Both the position numbers and the translations under genes were made by a program. From NCBI GenBank assembly GCA_030265395.1, contig JARFYF010000029.1, positions 15,259,517 through 15,323,516 of the forward strand: a DNA stretch of 64,000 bases, given 5' to 3'. The DNA comes from Rhina ancylostomus. Its lineage: Eukaryota. The notes beneath the pieces were generated by a model. The model was not told where the DNA came from and did not search any database. It saw only the letters and a list, made by a program, of their open reading frames with translations. Shown piece after piece: positions 1-14,129 of this stretch; the stretch's first letter is position 1; the number at the start of each line of letters is the position of its first letter.

Positions 1-654
1 CTGTATCCCAGATTTTGTAGTGATTTGTGAATTCCGTAAGGGTGAATTTCTGTCACCCAAACTGTTGTAAATCAGGGTTTGCCTGCATTGAATGAGCTTA
101 GATCACTGATTTCTCTAAATGCATTAGTTATACTTTCCTTTTAAAAGATTAAAGTCTGAACTTTGGTTAGGCCACACTAGTTTAGCTCAAGTGCTAAATT
201 GTCATATATGCTGAAGGTGGACAAGTCGCTATACTGGTAAAGGCATCCAACACCCTGTAACTAAAACTTTGTTAATTGTTGGTACACAGTGGGCCCCGTA
301 CCAGCAATGTTAAGGAGATCCTGGTCCACATTTGCAGGGAATACTGAAAATAGTCACTGAAAAGGTATATTTGCATGCCTATAGATATTAAGCAGAGGGG
401 AGAAAGTGTGCTTCTTCCAGGACCGCTGTAATGAACAGCATTGTTGGTCTTTCCCTAGGACCCACCCAATGACTGCTAATAACAGTGGCTTGAAATTGAA
501 ACCCTGTTCACTAGCCTTAAGTTAGTGTTGTTTAATTCTACATAATGTCAGGCACACTCTGGAAGTTTCCTGCCTCATTCATTGCCATTATCAATTTGAC
601 ATTTAAAAAAAATTGCTTTGCTGAATTGACATGACAAATTATCTTTTCCTCCAA

Positions 655-1095
655 ATTCAGGAGATCTGGTGCAAATTAGGCGAAGTTTTTCTGAAGATTT
701 CCTCTCAGTCCACATTGACATTAAGCTTCCTGGTAGTAGCCATTGTAATTCTCTGACCCTGAGCTACTGTACAGTTGTGGTGAAGTTCAGCAGACATTTG
801 AAGTACAGCATCTCGTTTCCAGCAGTCATTTCACAGCCTTGCACACAGTACACCAAGTTTAACAATTCCAGATCAATTGGGACAGTTATGTTGGTAATGG
901 TTCTGCTGTTGTGTAGACCCATCTCTTGTTTATTTGTATTCACTTTGCTTATGGCCCCTTTACTTGTACAGTCATTCCTGCCTTTCTGCTTATCACAGGC
1001 CTTCTCCTTCATCCAGCCCTCTCCCACTTCATGAGCCCCTGTAGCTGTTCAAAATTGTTCAAACTACTGGCAAAGAATCAGTGACCTGAAATTTT
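655..1095 (+). mobile_element. Decayed Penelope-like element 3' end (GIY-YIG C-terminal region plus terminal repeat)
   Basis: Translates as FSEDFLSVHIDIKLPGSSHCNS..EVQQTFEVQHL..SQP..KFNNSR, resembling PLE FAEHLRSV..LPVA.HFNS..EAQRKLEEQHLIF..LQP..EFNNFR. Confidence 0.55.
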
Positions 1096-2999
1096 GGCCC
1101 CAATATTTGCTGGGTAAGGTGCTGGGTGGGCATTGAGGCAATGTGAGAGCACTTCACCTCAGCATTTCCTTCCCCATTGAGTGCAGGCAGCTGAACAGAG
1201 AGGCTGTTGTCAGATGGTGGGCCATCGTCACCAGGTCACATGCAAGAAGTGACAGGAGGAGGGAATTATTAAAGAAGGGTCAGAGATTGGGCTCAGTGTA
1301 TGAGGAGTTCAGCAAGGCTCAGGGGAGGGGAGTTAAGCCAACATCAGGGAAGGTGAGGAGGGCTGTAAGAGCCTGGGGTGGGGGGAATTGGTGGCAGCTA
1401 CTGCAATGGCAGGGGCAAAGGGAAAGTTGGAGTCTCAGTGAAGTACACCAAATCCTTGATCTGGCAATGGTAGTCAACCTTCTCATAGTTCTATGGGGCC
1501 TGGAACCCCAACCAGTTTAAAACTTTAAGTCAAGGTGATCCATGAGGCATGCAGCCTCATTTAAATATTGAAATGAGCCCACAACCCCCTTAAAACCAGA
1601 CAAAGTAGATTCAAGGTGGACTGAAATTAATAACCTGCTAATATTCCAGCCAGCCTGAAGCAGAGACACAACATCCCCAGAATGCATGTTCTAACTCCAC
1701 AGATGCTGCATAGATACAGTATTTCCCACAGTTTTTACTTCTCATCCAGATTGCCATTTTGTCATTTTTATCTTATTTGTTTAAGAGAGCATTTTTTTTC
1801 AATGATGAAAGCAGGAAATGGGTGGAAAGACAGCATTATCCAACAATGTACATTTGTTAATTTAAGTAATAGTTGTACAGATCTTTAAAAGATATGCACT
1901 TTTATATCTTACAGTTTTAAGTTTGTTGTATCTTTTTTGAAATGTTTATCTTAACTAGCCAGTAATTAATTTTGTTAAAGTTCTACCAGAGTTTATCAAA
2001 CTATGTGAGATCAGTGGTGATGCTGTGGGTGAGCCAAAGCAGCAGCACATTCCAAGGGATGAAATACTTCCTGAATGCAAAATAAACATAAGAGAACAGC
2101 ATGTACCAAGTGCTGATTGTCCTAAAGTTACTTATTTCTGACACAAGTAAGTCTACACAACAAGGATTGTGTTCATTGGCAGTATGAATATCAAGTAAAA
2201 TGTGTGATTCATTAAGTGTGACATAATCAGCGAGCAAAGTTTGCCTTAACCTGGTATGAACTGAATCATGCATGTGGTGGCTCTTTCCTTTGTGGATTAT
2301 GTTAATGTAATGAAAGTTTCATACATGTAAAATTGTTGTTCAAAAGCAAAGAGGTGATAGGAGTGAAGGTTAAGGGGAATTATGAAATTGTCCAGAAACT
2401 AACTGAAAGGAAGTAGGGAAAGATTTGATCCATGCAAAGGATAGGCACGAGAACGAAGGAATGGTGAAGACATGGGAACAAACAATTCAAAGTAAAGAAA
2501 TGTGAGATGTTGCATTTTGAGAAGGGTATAAATGGAGGACACATACATTAAATAATAGAATCTTATAAACTTTTCGGTCCAGAAATGGTTAACTCTTTTT
2601 AGGCTGTTTATGCACATAGAGGATGGCTTCCTTCCTCTTCAGTTATGTGGGTTCTGAGGTGACTGCTGTGGATTCCACAGACTCTGCCACTGGGGTAGGA
2701 GGTGTCTAACTGGGTGGGTGGATGGTAATGTGGTAGGTAATGCTCCCTTCCGCGTGCTTTTGACAAAGAGGTTCAAGATTCTTGGTGACCGCTTGATCTT
2801 GATTGATGGTGGGCCAGGGTATTCCTTTGTGTCAGTTCTTCTGCTGTCTGGTGATCTTTTACTGTAGCAAAGTTCTGTGTAGATGTCTGCTTTCAAAGGC
2901 TGGTATTGGACAGGCAAATTATGTGGTCCACATATCAGAACTGGCTGAGTCTAATTAGAATCTTGATGTTGAGTTGTTTGCTTGGGAGAGGACATTGAC

Positions 3000-3400
3000 A
3001 TTGGTTCAGTTATTCTCAAGTTGAGTCTATTGTCATGTGCGCAAGTACAGTGAAGTACAGTACAGTACAATGAAAAACCTTGCAGTAGCATCACAGGCAC
3101 ATAGGTACAGACGACACACAGTATAAATTTCCTTAAATTATACATGGAAAAGAAAGGCTGTGCTAAAGCAATCGAAGATAAGTCCACAGTATTGCAAGGG
3201 GTGGTCTGTGGTGTTCTGTTGCTGAGGTAGGGTTCGGGTTGTGCAGGTAGGTTCAAGAACCTGATGGTTGTAGGAAAGTAGATGTTCCTGATCTTGGTGG
3301 GACTTAAGGCTTCTGAACCTCCTGCTTTATGGTAGCAGCAAAAAGAAGGCATGACCAGGATGGTGGGGATCCTTGATGTGCTGGTGGGGATCTTGCCAGC
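3000..3400 (-). mobile_element. LINE 3' fragment, Rex-Babar/CR1-group-like
   Basis: Minus-strand TKIRNIYFPTTIRFLN resembles the C-terminal RFRNSFFP.AIRLLN motif; short AGTAC repeats in the tail. Confidence 0.45.
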
Positions 3401-5391
3401 AGATTTGGATGATTTTTCAGAGACACTATTGGTGGTACCTCTCCAGTACTTTGACATGCCCGCAGCACATTGTTGAGTGTTGACCACAAGTTAGGTGCCA
3501 AGTGTGATGTTCCAACATTCTTTACTTCAGATGGTCAATGGTCCTGCTGGTGTGGTGAAAGGAATGGTGAATCTTGTCCTTGATGTCTGGCCATGCTGAG
3601 AGGCGGCTCTTGAGATGTGGGGTTTGTGCACTGTAGAATATCTCTGCCTGGAAGTCTCATAATGAAATTATACAAGTCCTGCCACCTTCCTCCTGCCCCC
3701 CCCCCATTTTTCAAAAGTGTTTCTATTTCTAATTACTATTTTCTCATCAATTTCTGGACTAATATTATAATTTAGTTGAGAATTACCCCCTTTAGTAAAG
3801 TTTAAAATTACTAAAGAAAAGATAATCTGTATAAGACAGAAGAATCTACGGTCACTTGAGTCACTCATATGAAATGTGAAGTGTTTGTGTGGCTCTTTGA
3901 TAAGTCAAAATAATAAGAAATTATTATTGCATTACTTTATATTTCAACTCCTTCCAGCCAGATGATGATGGGACTTACAGAAAATAGTACATCATGACTT
4001 GGTATTGACAAATGTTAAATATTGTCATTTGATGCTCAAACATTGGAGCAGTTAATTATGTGCATGTGATAGAAATGATAAAAGACACAAATCTGAATCT
4101 GATAGGACAATAAACAATCAATTAGATTAGCAGGAAAGGGCATGAGGTGTAAAGATGCAGAAACCTTACCACAAAGTAAAACTACACAATAATGCTCATC
4201 ACATAAATCAGCTTTTGCTCCTACAGGAATGTCCAACATTCCGACTGATTAACTAAAATTTGTCTTGATGTATGAAGCACATGGAGTAGTGTGATAAAGG
4301 GCAAACAACCTACTATTAGAATCATGAAAGGAAGTAATAAAAGTTGTTTAGTATAGCCTCCTGATCTCTCAGTTGGAAAATATCACACTGATTGCATAAC
4401 ATAAAGCTTAAGTTACCAATTTGTTCATTGCACAGCAACAATTTACATCAGGAGATGAAAGTATTACAAAATATGACACGTTGATGGGAATATTAAACTG
4501 AAATTCCAAGCATTCTCATTTTTGAACAAATATGTAAAGATATTTTTTTCCATGAGAAATGAATTCTTAAAGAGACATCCACCTATATCATGCACAGCAG
4601 ACAATAAAAGAGGAAAGTTGAACATGGGGCATAAACTAGGATGAAGGTAGGTGGAGAGAGATCTCCAGGGTGGACGCAGAAGGAATTGGTGTTGGAAGGG
4701 GTTGAGAGTGGTGGTACACAGAGATAATCAGAGGTGACCTTGTCTGTGATTGAGGGAAAGTGTATCAAGGGCCTGCATGAGAGGGAAAGAGATTGTCCGT
4801 TAGCCTGGGGAAAAGAGTCCATATGGCAGGCACTACGGCAGTGAGCTCAGTGGAGAGAGGACAGGATGGAGACTGAAATTAATTGGGGGGCTTTGCTGCT
4901 TGATGGAGAAGCAAAGGGAGGAAAATAGTGAGTGTCACAGTACATAACTTGGTCTGCGAATTGTACGAGCAATAGAGTTTCAAGGGAGATCTGAGACATG
5001 AAACAAGGTGAAATTTGAAAAGCATGGAAAGTACTAGAGGAGTCAGGAGACAGACCAGAGTAAAATTTGCACTCCCACCACCACAGATAAATCTCAAAAT
5101 GAAACCTCATTGGCTTTCACTGAAGAGAATTTTCTTTGGCATAACTAATGGTTCAAACAGAGTATTCTTTTAACTTGAATCTAGACTGACCTTATTCCAT
5201 AACAGTAATGACTACTAACTATTTAAAAAAATTGAGTCATTGATAATATTTTGCTGTTAAAAGCAACTTAACAAAACATATGCAGTTAACATCCCCTCCA
5301 GATGTGTGATAGTCTAAAATAAATTGCCATACTGAAAATGCTCACTCCAACTGATCTTTATAATGTTTTTTTTCTGTTATTTTATCCTCAG

Positions 5392-5565
5392 CCAACAGTT
5401 TCAACCACTTAAAGGTTTCTTCATCAGAGCGTAGGTCCAGTCTGCCAAATACTTCCAAGCCGATTCAGAGAACTTTCAGGAGTATAGCAAGAAATGATGC
5501 TCAGGACATAAATGGGAGAAATACCCCAAGCACAGTCAAATTACACACAAGTCCAAAGCCTCAAG
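5392..5565 (+). CDS. FGD4: FGD4 window exon 1 (N-terminal extension of long isoform: NSFNHLKVSSSERRSSL...SPKPQ)
   Basis: Pyrimidine tract + CAG at 5389-5391, open frame, donor AG|GTAAG at 5565/5566. Joins the next exon to read KPQ-VPLKP. Confidence 0.8.
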
Positions 5566-6279
5566 GTAAGTGATTCATGTAAACATTCATTGATCAAATG
5601 TGAACTAGATGTTGGATGTAGGAATTATGTGCAGTGATATATTAATGTTATTGTTTAGAAATCTACTTGCATCATGCAAGAAAGCCAAAATATGAGGATC
5701 CTTCCTGTGGTAAAGTTTTTAAAAATAATATGTTAGGAAGCGAAAAGGAAGTGAGAGGTATATGGGCTATATAAAATAGCAATGGATGGAGCAATTCCAG
5801 CATTCTGAGAGAAGTAATGGTCGCAGTAGAGATGTGCCTCTTCACCTTGAATCCTGTGCAGGGGTGCTGTCCTTGTAAAGGAAATGCCCGCATGCAATTC
5901 TGCCTGAAGTAAGGAGCCTCAGCATGATTAAGTCCTGAGTTAGGCCTGACTACTCTCCTGGAGTACTGAGAGTGCTCTGATTACTCCCAGAAGCAGCTAT
6001 TTAGACTGTATGCATGGAAGAGGGGGCCATTATTAAAGGATTTGCCGCTGAGTTCAGAACACTGGAGATAACTGTAAACCAGAGCTGATCTCCTCTGCAG
6101 CAAATGCATAATACACTGATGCACTGCAGGACATGCTGCAGCACAACCTTAACAGGAACACAGTTCAACAAGAGCTCATACGCAAGAAACATGGACCAAA
6201 ATGACCCTCTTAGTTTAGCCTGAGAAAGAGGTATCCCAGCCTGGTCAGAAGGAAAGCAAACTATTCCATGCAATAGTAC

Positions 6280-6600
6280 AAAGATGTAGCATGGCATCTG
6301 TCCAAAGTAGTTCATGGCTATTGAATTGCAGTTACTGTTGTTTTGCAAGGCAAATTTGGAAGCCACAAATACTAGATAAGATGAATAAACAGTTTGTTGT
6401 GGCTTGTGGGATGAATGTTGGCCAGGACACGAGGAAAATAATCCTGCTCTTCTTTTGAAGATCATCATGTGATCTTTTCCCTGAACAATAAAACAGGATT
6501 AAAATTCTACCCATTAAGGCCTTTCTTAAATGTTCTACTCATTTATTACTCCATGTTTCAAACTAGATTATGTGATTAAATCCATAACAGCATTTAAGCT
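6280..6600 (-). mobile_element. Deu-domain SINE remnant (SacSINE1/AmnSINE-like)
   Basis: GGGATGAATGTTGGCCAGGACACGAGGAAAATAATCCTGCTCTTCTTTTGAA resembles the antisense Deu domain; similar to the copy at 50.5 kb. Confidence 0.5.
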
Positions 6601-8239
6601 AACAAGTGTTTTCAATCAAATTGGCACTTGGAGATGTCCATAAATCCATGCATTTTCAGTGTCTAAGTTATACATAAACTTATGCATTATCCAAGTGATA
6701 CTTCATTATTTGTTGGTGCTTGTGTTCCAGAAGTTGTGATTATAATGCATATTTTTTCCCTCCTGAAGCAAAATACAGAATTCATACCTACCATTAGAGA
6801 TATTCCAATGGATTTTGGTCTCAGCACATAGGAGATGAAAATACCAGAAAGTAAGGAAGTCAAAAGACAAAATTTCCCGGTAGTAGAATGGTAAAACAAT
6901 GAAATCAGTTATCAAAATAAATGTGAAGATAATCAGTATGAGAGTGGTAACTGCAGCGAAAGCAAAGAAAATAGTGGCTGACAAAACTATCTTTTGAGTT
7001 CTATTTTGACCAAGGGAAAACCTTACAGCCTGCTATATAACAACGAAATTCACAATTTACATTTAAAGCATCAGGGTTTAGGATAAATTCACAAACTATA
7101 ATGTGTAGGTAGCAGCAAGTATTTCTTGAAATAAAACATAGAATCATAGAATTGTTATTAACACAGAAGGAGGCCTGACGGTGCTTCACATCGATGCCGA
7201 CCCTCTCCTGGAGAAACTCGCCAGTTNNNNNNNNNNNNNNNNNNNNNNNNNNNNNNNNNNNNNNNNNNNNNNNNNNNNNNNNNNNNNNNNNNNNNNNNNN
7301 NNNNNNNNNNNNNNNNNNNNNNNNNNNNNNNNNNNNNNNNNNNNNNNNNNNNNNNNNNNNNNNNNNNNNNNNNNNNNNNNNNNNNNNNNNNNNNNNNNNN
7401 NNNNNNNNNNNNNNNNNNNNNNNNNNNNNNNNNNNNNNNNNNNNNNNNNNNNNNNNNNNNNNNNNNNNNNNNNNNNNNNNNNNNNNNNNNNNNNNNNNNN
7501 NNNNNNNNNNNNNNNNNNNNNNNNNNNNNNNNNNNNNNNNNNNNNNNNNNNNNNNNNNNNNNNNNNNNNNNNNNNNNNNNNNNNNNNNNNNNNNNNNNNN
7601 NNNNNNNNNNNNNNNNNNNNNNNNNNNNNNNNNNNNNNNNNNNNNNNNNNNNNNNNNNNNNNNNNNNNNNNNNNNNNNNNNNNNNNNNNNNNNNNNNNNN
7701 NNNNNNNNNNNNNNNNNNNNNNNNNNNNNNCTTTAAACTCTGCTTCTATTGGTAAAGCCAAGAATTGTGTATGTCATATTAACCGCTTTCTCGGCCCGCC
7801 CTGCCATCTTCAATAACTTGTGCACACATTACCCGCAGGTCCCTCTGCTCCTGCATGGGAGATGCACTGTGAATTGATTTTGGGCTCCCTACATTTTATA
7901 ATTGGATTCAGAAACTCAATATTTGCAGTTTGAAAAGTAGAAATTACATACATTCTCAAATGAACAGAAATGTTGTTTGCTTCTGTAACATAAAGCACTG
8001 AGTATAATGGCACAAATTAAAATAGGGAGTTCAGAAAAGGCAAGGGTGGTATAAGTACTCGATGCTATCATTGAATACTTATACCAATGAAGATGAAACA
8101 GCTTTTGGGTTTTAATCGCCCTGTTCTGTCACAGCAGATCAGCAAACAATAAAGAGTAGTTAATTCTGAACTCTATGGGCAAAACAGCGGCAAGGCTTCT
8201 CAAATTGCTTAAAGCTCATATCAAACTCTATCCACAAAC

Positions 8240-8480
8240 GAACAAATTTCAGAACTGATCTGGTTGCCACATCACAGAAAGGATGTGAAAGCATTAAAGA
8301 GGGTCCAGAAAAACAAATACAGGAATGGTTCCTGAGATGAGGAACTACAGTGACAATGGTAGATTACAGAGGCTGGACAGTTTTCTTTCTGGAGAACACT
8401 GAGGGGGGAGCTGATGAAAGTATATTGAATGATGAAGTGACTGTACAGAGTGGATAGTGGGAGGCTGTTTCTGTTAAGGA
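8240..8480 (+). mobile_element. CR1 LINE ORF2 C-terminal remnant
   Basis: WLPHHRKDVKALKRVQK..GMVP resembles CR1 WSPHYRKDV.ALERVQRRFTRM. Confidence 0.6.
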
Positions 8481-10149
8481 ACTGAGTGATTTGGAAACAC
8501 TGGAAAATTTGGTCTTTGACCTATGAATAGGAACAATTGAGAGGTGACTTCATATTGCATGAAAATCTGGTCTGGAGCCTTCATATTTAAACTTTTGGCA
8601 GCACAATAAGCAGGTTCAGCTTCAAAATACTAAAGGCACACTTGGGGATGAAGTCAGGAAGTTCTCTGTAGTGAATAGTCAGCTTGCTGAACATGTTTGC
8701 TGTTAGGCTGACAGAGGTGATAATCCTTGAGTATTTCAAGCAATAAATAAGTTGTTTAATCGGGGGCTGCAGATAGAGAATAGTTCTTCCTCATCTGTAT
8801 TAAAGCTGTAACAAGGGTCACAGTTTAAACCTTGTAAATGACAAATATAAGTCTAATGTCAAAAAGTTCTTCATCAAAGACTATGTATGCTGAAAGACTT
8901 GGAATTATCAAATTGTCAAGGAACCAATTACCCCAGATCCCTTTCAGCTAACTCTCAGTAGTCATGGGATTTGCATGCATTGCACTTAAAATATTGAGTT
9001 ACTGTGAATTTCTTTTGCCACCATTTGATGATCTAATGTATTCCAACAAATACACTATGTTGATATTTGATTGCAACTTCAGGTTATCTGCCCAGCTTCC
9101 TCCCAAGCTTGGAATTAGCCTTAAGCTTTGCAGATTTGCAATGAAATTTCAAATTCAGGACTCTTAACACCAATTCATGTGGAAACTATATGCAGTAAAT
9201 TATCAGTGTTCTTGAATAACTTCTGTTAGTTGCATGATTATTTTAAATTGTGTTTTTGTAATTCTGTCTTAAATACCTTAATGTGGTTATTTGGTGTAAC
9301 CCAGTTTACTGATTTCTTCTAATTCAAAGTTCTGGTTAGGAAGTGTTTCAATTTTGCAATGAGCAGCAACACTGCATCCTTATTTGAATTGTAGATTAAA
9401 AGTATGCACAGGAAAAGAAAGGGAGAACACATCTGTATTATGGATGTCATAATTTCAGTCTATATGCAAATCTTAAGAACATCCAAGATTTGTGAAATTC
9501 CAGTTTTGTTTGAAAGCTATTATTCCTTTGGAGCAGAAAAGCTAATATTATTCCCTGTTCCCCAGGAAAATAATTACATTTTAATGCTGCCTCCGAAACA
9601 TTTACGTTTGACTTTTCACTTGAGTGGCAGTCTCAGCACTGTTATGGACACAGTTGGTAACTTAGGGACTTGAATAAAGAAAGAAAATGCAGCCTCAGGC
9701 AGTTTAGTTTTGAGGTCCATCCTCTTTCACTTCCCTCCATTACCATATCAGTGATAGAAAAACCAAACTAGAAGTAGGAAAACAGCATTTTCACTTGCCA
9801 TTTTCATGGCTAAATATATTGGGGGTGGAATTGGATGGCACTGGAAAAAGTGCACTGGAATTTTGAAAAGCAATTAACTTGAGTGTATTTGACTGATGCA
9901 GGGCACGTGCAGAATTCATGCCCTATCTCATTATCGTGAGTTCACCATCCAGGCAGCACTTAGCTGTTGATTTCCTTGGTGGATATCCACAAGCTACAAT
10001 CTTGTTTAAGCCAGATGAAACCAGATACTGTACAGCTATTGAAGCAATAGTTTCACCTCCATAATGGAAAAGGTTGCATTGCCCACAAGCATTAGTTAAA
10101 AAATTAATTCCAGAGATTTTGGCCAAATGAAAAAACCAATGGCAAAGTA

Positions 10150-12200
10150 CATTAAAGAGTGGGCTCCTGATTTTCAGATATAGCTCAGGTTGCCTTACTG
10201 GACAAGGGGAAGAAGAGGAGGAGAAAGCTTTTTCACCCAAGAAGCTCTCCATGTCCATTGTCAAGTGGCACTGGAATCAAGTTGCATTCATTTTCAATGC
10301 AGGGACCAAAGCCTGAAGAACCCTGAATGTACGACTACAGGAAACTTAAACACCTCATGCTTTGAAATCCCATTCTTTCCAACTATGTTGCCAGCATTAC
10401 ACACTGTTCAATGCAGCATGCTCATCATCAGTACTCTCCATCCATGAGGAATAGTAACATCCCTGGAGAAGACAGCTGTGGGTTCATTGGCCCATCAAGC
10501 TGGCGTAGAATTCACTGGTAATTATTTATTGCCCTCCCCTGAACCCCTGGCCCAGGAAACCTGCAGCACAGAAATCACTGATTACCCAAACCATCTTCTT
10601 GCATCTCACAATCTCTTCAGATTCTCATGCTGCAGATGGTGCAATTGCAGATGAGCAACTGATGGGCCCCTCCTATTGCTCTCTCATCTCAATATGACCC
10701 ACCCACTGCTTTCATACAGCTGAGGATTTCCACCCAGTGAGGTCATAGCAGCTCAGCAACAAGGTGGTGCTAAAAAATGACATCCAACATCTAGACATGA
10801 TGCTTGCAGTCATGAACTTGTCACAATGTTGATCCAGAGCAAGCTCACAGAGAACCCAAATGCAGCACACTGATACAAGACTGGAGTCAGGATANNNNNN
10901 NNNNNNNNNNNNNNNNNNNNNNNNNNNNNNNNNNNNNNNNNNNNNNNNNNNNNNNNNNNNNNNNNNNNNNNNNNNNNNNNNNNNNNNNNNNNNNACCATG
11001 ACAGAACTCTTGAACTGGAACCTTTGGCCCTGTGAAAATTAGCTTTGAGGTGAGATTGGATCTGGTGGGTCCCCAAGTATAAATGGTCTGAATCTAGATA
11101 TAGGTTAAGGGAAGACCAGATACTCACCCACAGCAGGTGAGATCACAGTATTCTCCTGCAGGAAAATCAGCTGAAGACATTGATGCAGCAACCTTCTGAT
11201 GAAGGCTGGAAATACTCAGTAGGTCAGGCTGCATCTATACGAAGGGAAACCAAGTTAACATTTCAGATTTCTAGTATCTGCAGTTTTTTTTTGATTTTCA
11301 TTTACAGATGAAGCTTCGTGGTATGTGCAAAGTGCTCAGTGGAGGTTTGCATGCAATATTGAGAAATGTCAAGAAGCATGAAAGGGTCCCGCACCAGCCT
11401 TGCATAAGGCTTTGTGTGGAGCTGAAGCCAAATGTGGAAGCTCTGTCCTGGAATTCCCCCCAAAAATATCATTTAACTACTGAAAGCAACTCCTGATTCG
11501 CTGGCCAGACAGTGACTCAGAGAAGCATAAATTAGTTTTCCTTGCTTGGGAGAATTGCTTCCATTATCCTATTAATACCATGCGACCAATACCCCTACAG
11601 TTGGCTGTTAGCCCAAACTGCTGTAACTAATAACAAGAGAATACAGTCTCAATCTATCCCTTCTCAGCCAAATACTCAAGGTTATTCCTCAGAGCCATCT
11701 TCAACTTCCCAGGAGAAGGAAGTAATTTCATTTTGCCTCAGGCTGAGTACTCTTAACTGTTTGTTGCATGAGTGAGCTGCATATTGTGAACCATAATCAG
11801 CAGCCTTGAATGATGCTGAAGCAAGTCAGCTGATGGTGACAATCACATTCAGAACCGTGGGCCAAATGATTGTCACCTGCCTTTGTGGGTTCATCACATG
11901 GGAAATTTTGGTCATCACCTCCTCCAAGTCTAGGCAAGCATTGCCCCTTGCTCAGATGCTCACATAACAACTGTTCCCTGAACATGCCATAATGTTCGTA
12001 CCCTTCATCTTCCTCCTACTCTTGGCAAATCCCTCTGCATCCCAGGGGCCCTCCTCCTACCCTTGTATTGGTTGCTCAGAGGAGCAACCACTGCTGCATC
12101 TGTTCCAGTCAGGAATGGGAAATGGTAAAAGGTACAGGCTGGCATATCTGACCCACTATTCACTGGCTTCCTCCCTGGGAGTAGTGGTTGCTTAGAGAAA
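10150..12200. mobile_element. Decayed PIF/Harbinger-like DNA transposon (Myb/SANT remnant on +, nuclease remnant on -)
   Basis: +10160-10360 FSDIAQVALLDK..RRRKLF..WNQVA..FNA..RT..RKLKHL; -11880-12030 MFREQLLCEHLSKGQCLPRL..EEVMTKISHV. Confidence 0.4.
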
Positions 12201-14129
12201 CCCTCAGTGATGCTGTCAAACTCCCATCAGAATTCAGAAGTCCTTTGCTCTGGTCTCATGGGCACCCATAAGAAGACATTTGATTGGCCCTTGTGCATGA
12301 AACATACAGAATATTAATGCATCTCCTGTGGTTCAGTTCAGCTGGTTCCCTTAGCCTTGCAGTTTAATCAACAAGGATAGTCATCTGTTTTATAATTGTA
12401 GGCAAAATTGTTTTTGTAAGTAATTGCAATTTCTCTTGTTTTTTTTTAAATTTCCAGATTATGGGCCTTTTTTCAGATTGTGTATGATCAACAGGAACTG
12501 CTGACCACTGACAAAACAAGCTAGAATTAATAAAAAGAATTTCATTGTCAGTATACTTGCAAATTTCTGATATACTATAAACAGTTGCTGGGCAAGATTC
12601 TCTGCTAGTCAATGCATCACTTGTATTTTCTGACTCTAACCAATGAATAAATATAGAAGGAACTATGAAAGTAAAATATTAAACTTGAAGGCTGTTCCCA
12701 ACCTACCCACTCCCAGTCCCCTGCCCTAGTCTCAGTCTAAGCCAGAGGTCCTGCTGTTTCTTGGGATCTCACAGCCAGAAGCTCTCCATCACCCAGAGGT
12801 CCACCTGCCGTAGAAAATTTTGGTAGATCTGTGATCACTGCCAGGGGAGTTCAGAGCCAATGGCAAGAGATTGCTCACACCAACAATACNNNNNNNNNNN
12901 NNNNNNNNNNNNNNNNNNNNNNNNNNNNNNNNNNNNNNNNNNNNNNNNNNNNNNNNNNNNNNNNNNNNNNNNNNNNNNNNNNNNNNNNNNNNNNNNNNNN
13001 NNNNNNNNNNNNNNNNNNNNNNNNNNNNNNNNNNNNNNNNNNNNNNNNNNNNNNNNNNNNNNNNNNNNNNNNNNNNNNNNNNNNNNNNNNNNNNNNNNNN
13101 NNNNTTTCCAAGCAATTGCAACTTCTCAACTCTCTTTACATGAGTACAAGTGTTTTTGTGTGGACGCATTTGTCTGCATGTACTGTATGTGTTTGTGTGA
13201 ATGCTTCATATGAATATGTGTGTATTTATGTGCATACGTTGTATGTGTGGTCATTGCAATGCTTGGTGAATCCTGATAAAAGAAGGCTCGGACAATAAAG
13301 CAATTCTTCCATGCTATCTTTACATTCCAGCCCAGACTAAGTGCTCATGTTTCAAAAAGGAAGCATAGCGTAGTATATCATGACTTGAAAATAAAGCAGC
13401 TTGAATCTTTGGCCGGGTGGGTTGAAAATTTAAACAAAACAGAACTTACAGGAGAGTCAAGTTGAAAGCAAGCTGAAGCCGTGATGGGGAAGTAAGCTGC
13501 GTTGAAGAAGCAGGCTTGGACATTGAGGCTGGGATAGTGCAGCATTGATAATGTGAAAGGCTGAGGTGCTTTTTCGAAAGACAGATTTTCCAGAATTGTA
13601 GGCAATGCATATAGATATTGAATAAAATGTGTTGAGAGGCAGGCAGGTGATGTGAAAGGATAAATTCATGGGGGATGTGAAATCTAGAAGGGGAACTATT
13701 TTCTAACTCATTTTCATGTTCCTCTGGTATCTTTAGAAATTAGATGTAACGCTGAGTGAAACCGGTGTTACCTCCTGGTTTTGCTTCTGCAGTTTAATTG
13801 TATTGTACTAGTCATGTAGCATTACCAAATTTAACAGAAACTCATTCAGTGGAACAGTGGAATGATATTATTAATTGATTCTTTCTCCCCTAGTTTAAGA
13901 TCTTAGTGAGAGTAGAAATACTTCCAATTTTAATGAAATAATTGATTTGGAATCAATATATGTGAAACTAAGTAAAGTTGTAACTGGGCATGCTTTCTAC
14001 TGAAAAATCTTGAGTGGAAAAATATGATTAAACAGAAAAAAAATGGATTCAATGCTGTTTTGAAGCAACTCTTGAATCAATAATTCTGTAAATCAATAAA
14101 CATTAATCATTCTGCCTGTTTTCATTCAG

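Noticed and set aside
1140-1560. GC-richer block with a 125-aa ORF, possibly another Harbinger fragment
   Set aside because: Motif similarity was too weak to support a call.
4580-5100. Purine-rich segment with minus-strand ORFs, possibly a Penelope 5' remnant
   Set aside because: Too degenerate to assign from sequence alone.
7181-7816. Long ORFs made mostly of X here and at 10.7-11.1, 12.8-13.3, 27.0-27.5, 31.9-32.6, 39.9, 44.3 and 59.4 kb
   Set aside because: They only read through assembly N-gaps and carry no coding evidence.
13140-13255. TG/TA-rich stretch beside a gap
   Set aside because: Decayed microsatellite.
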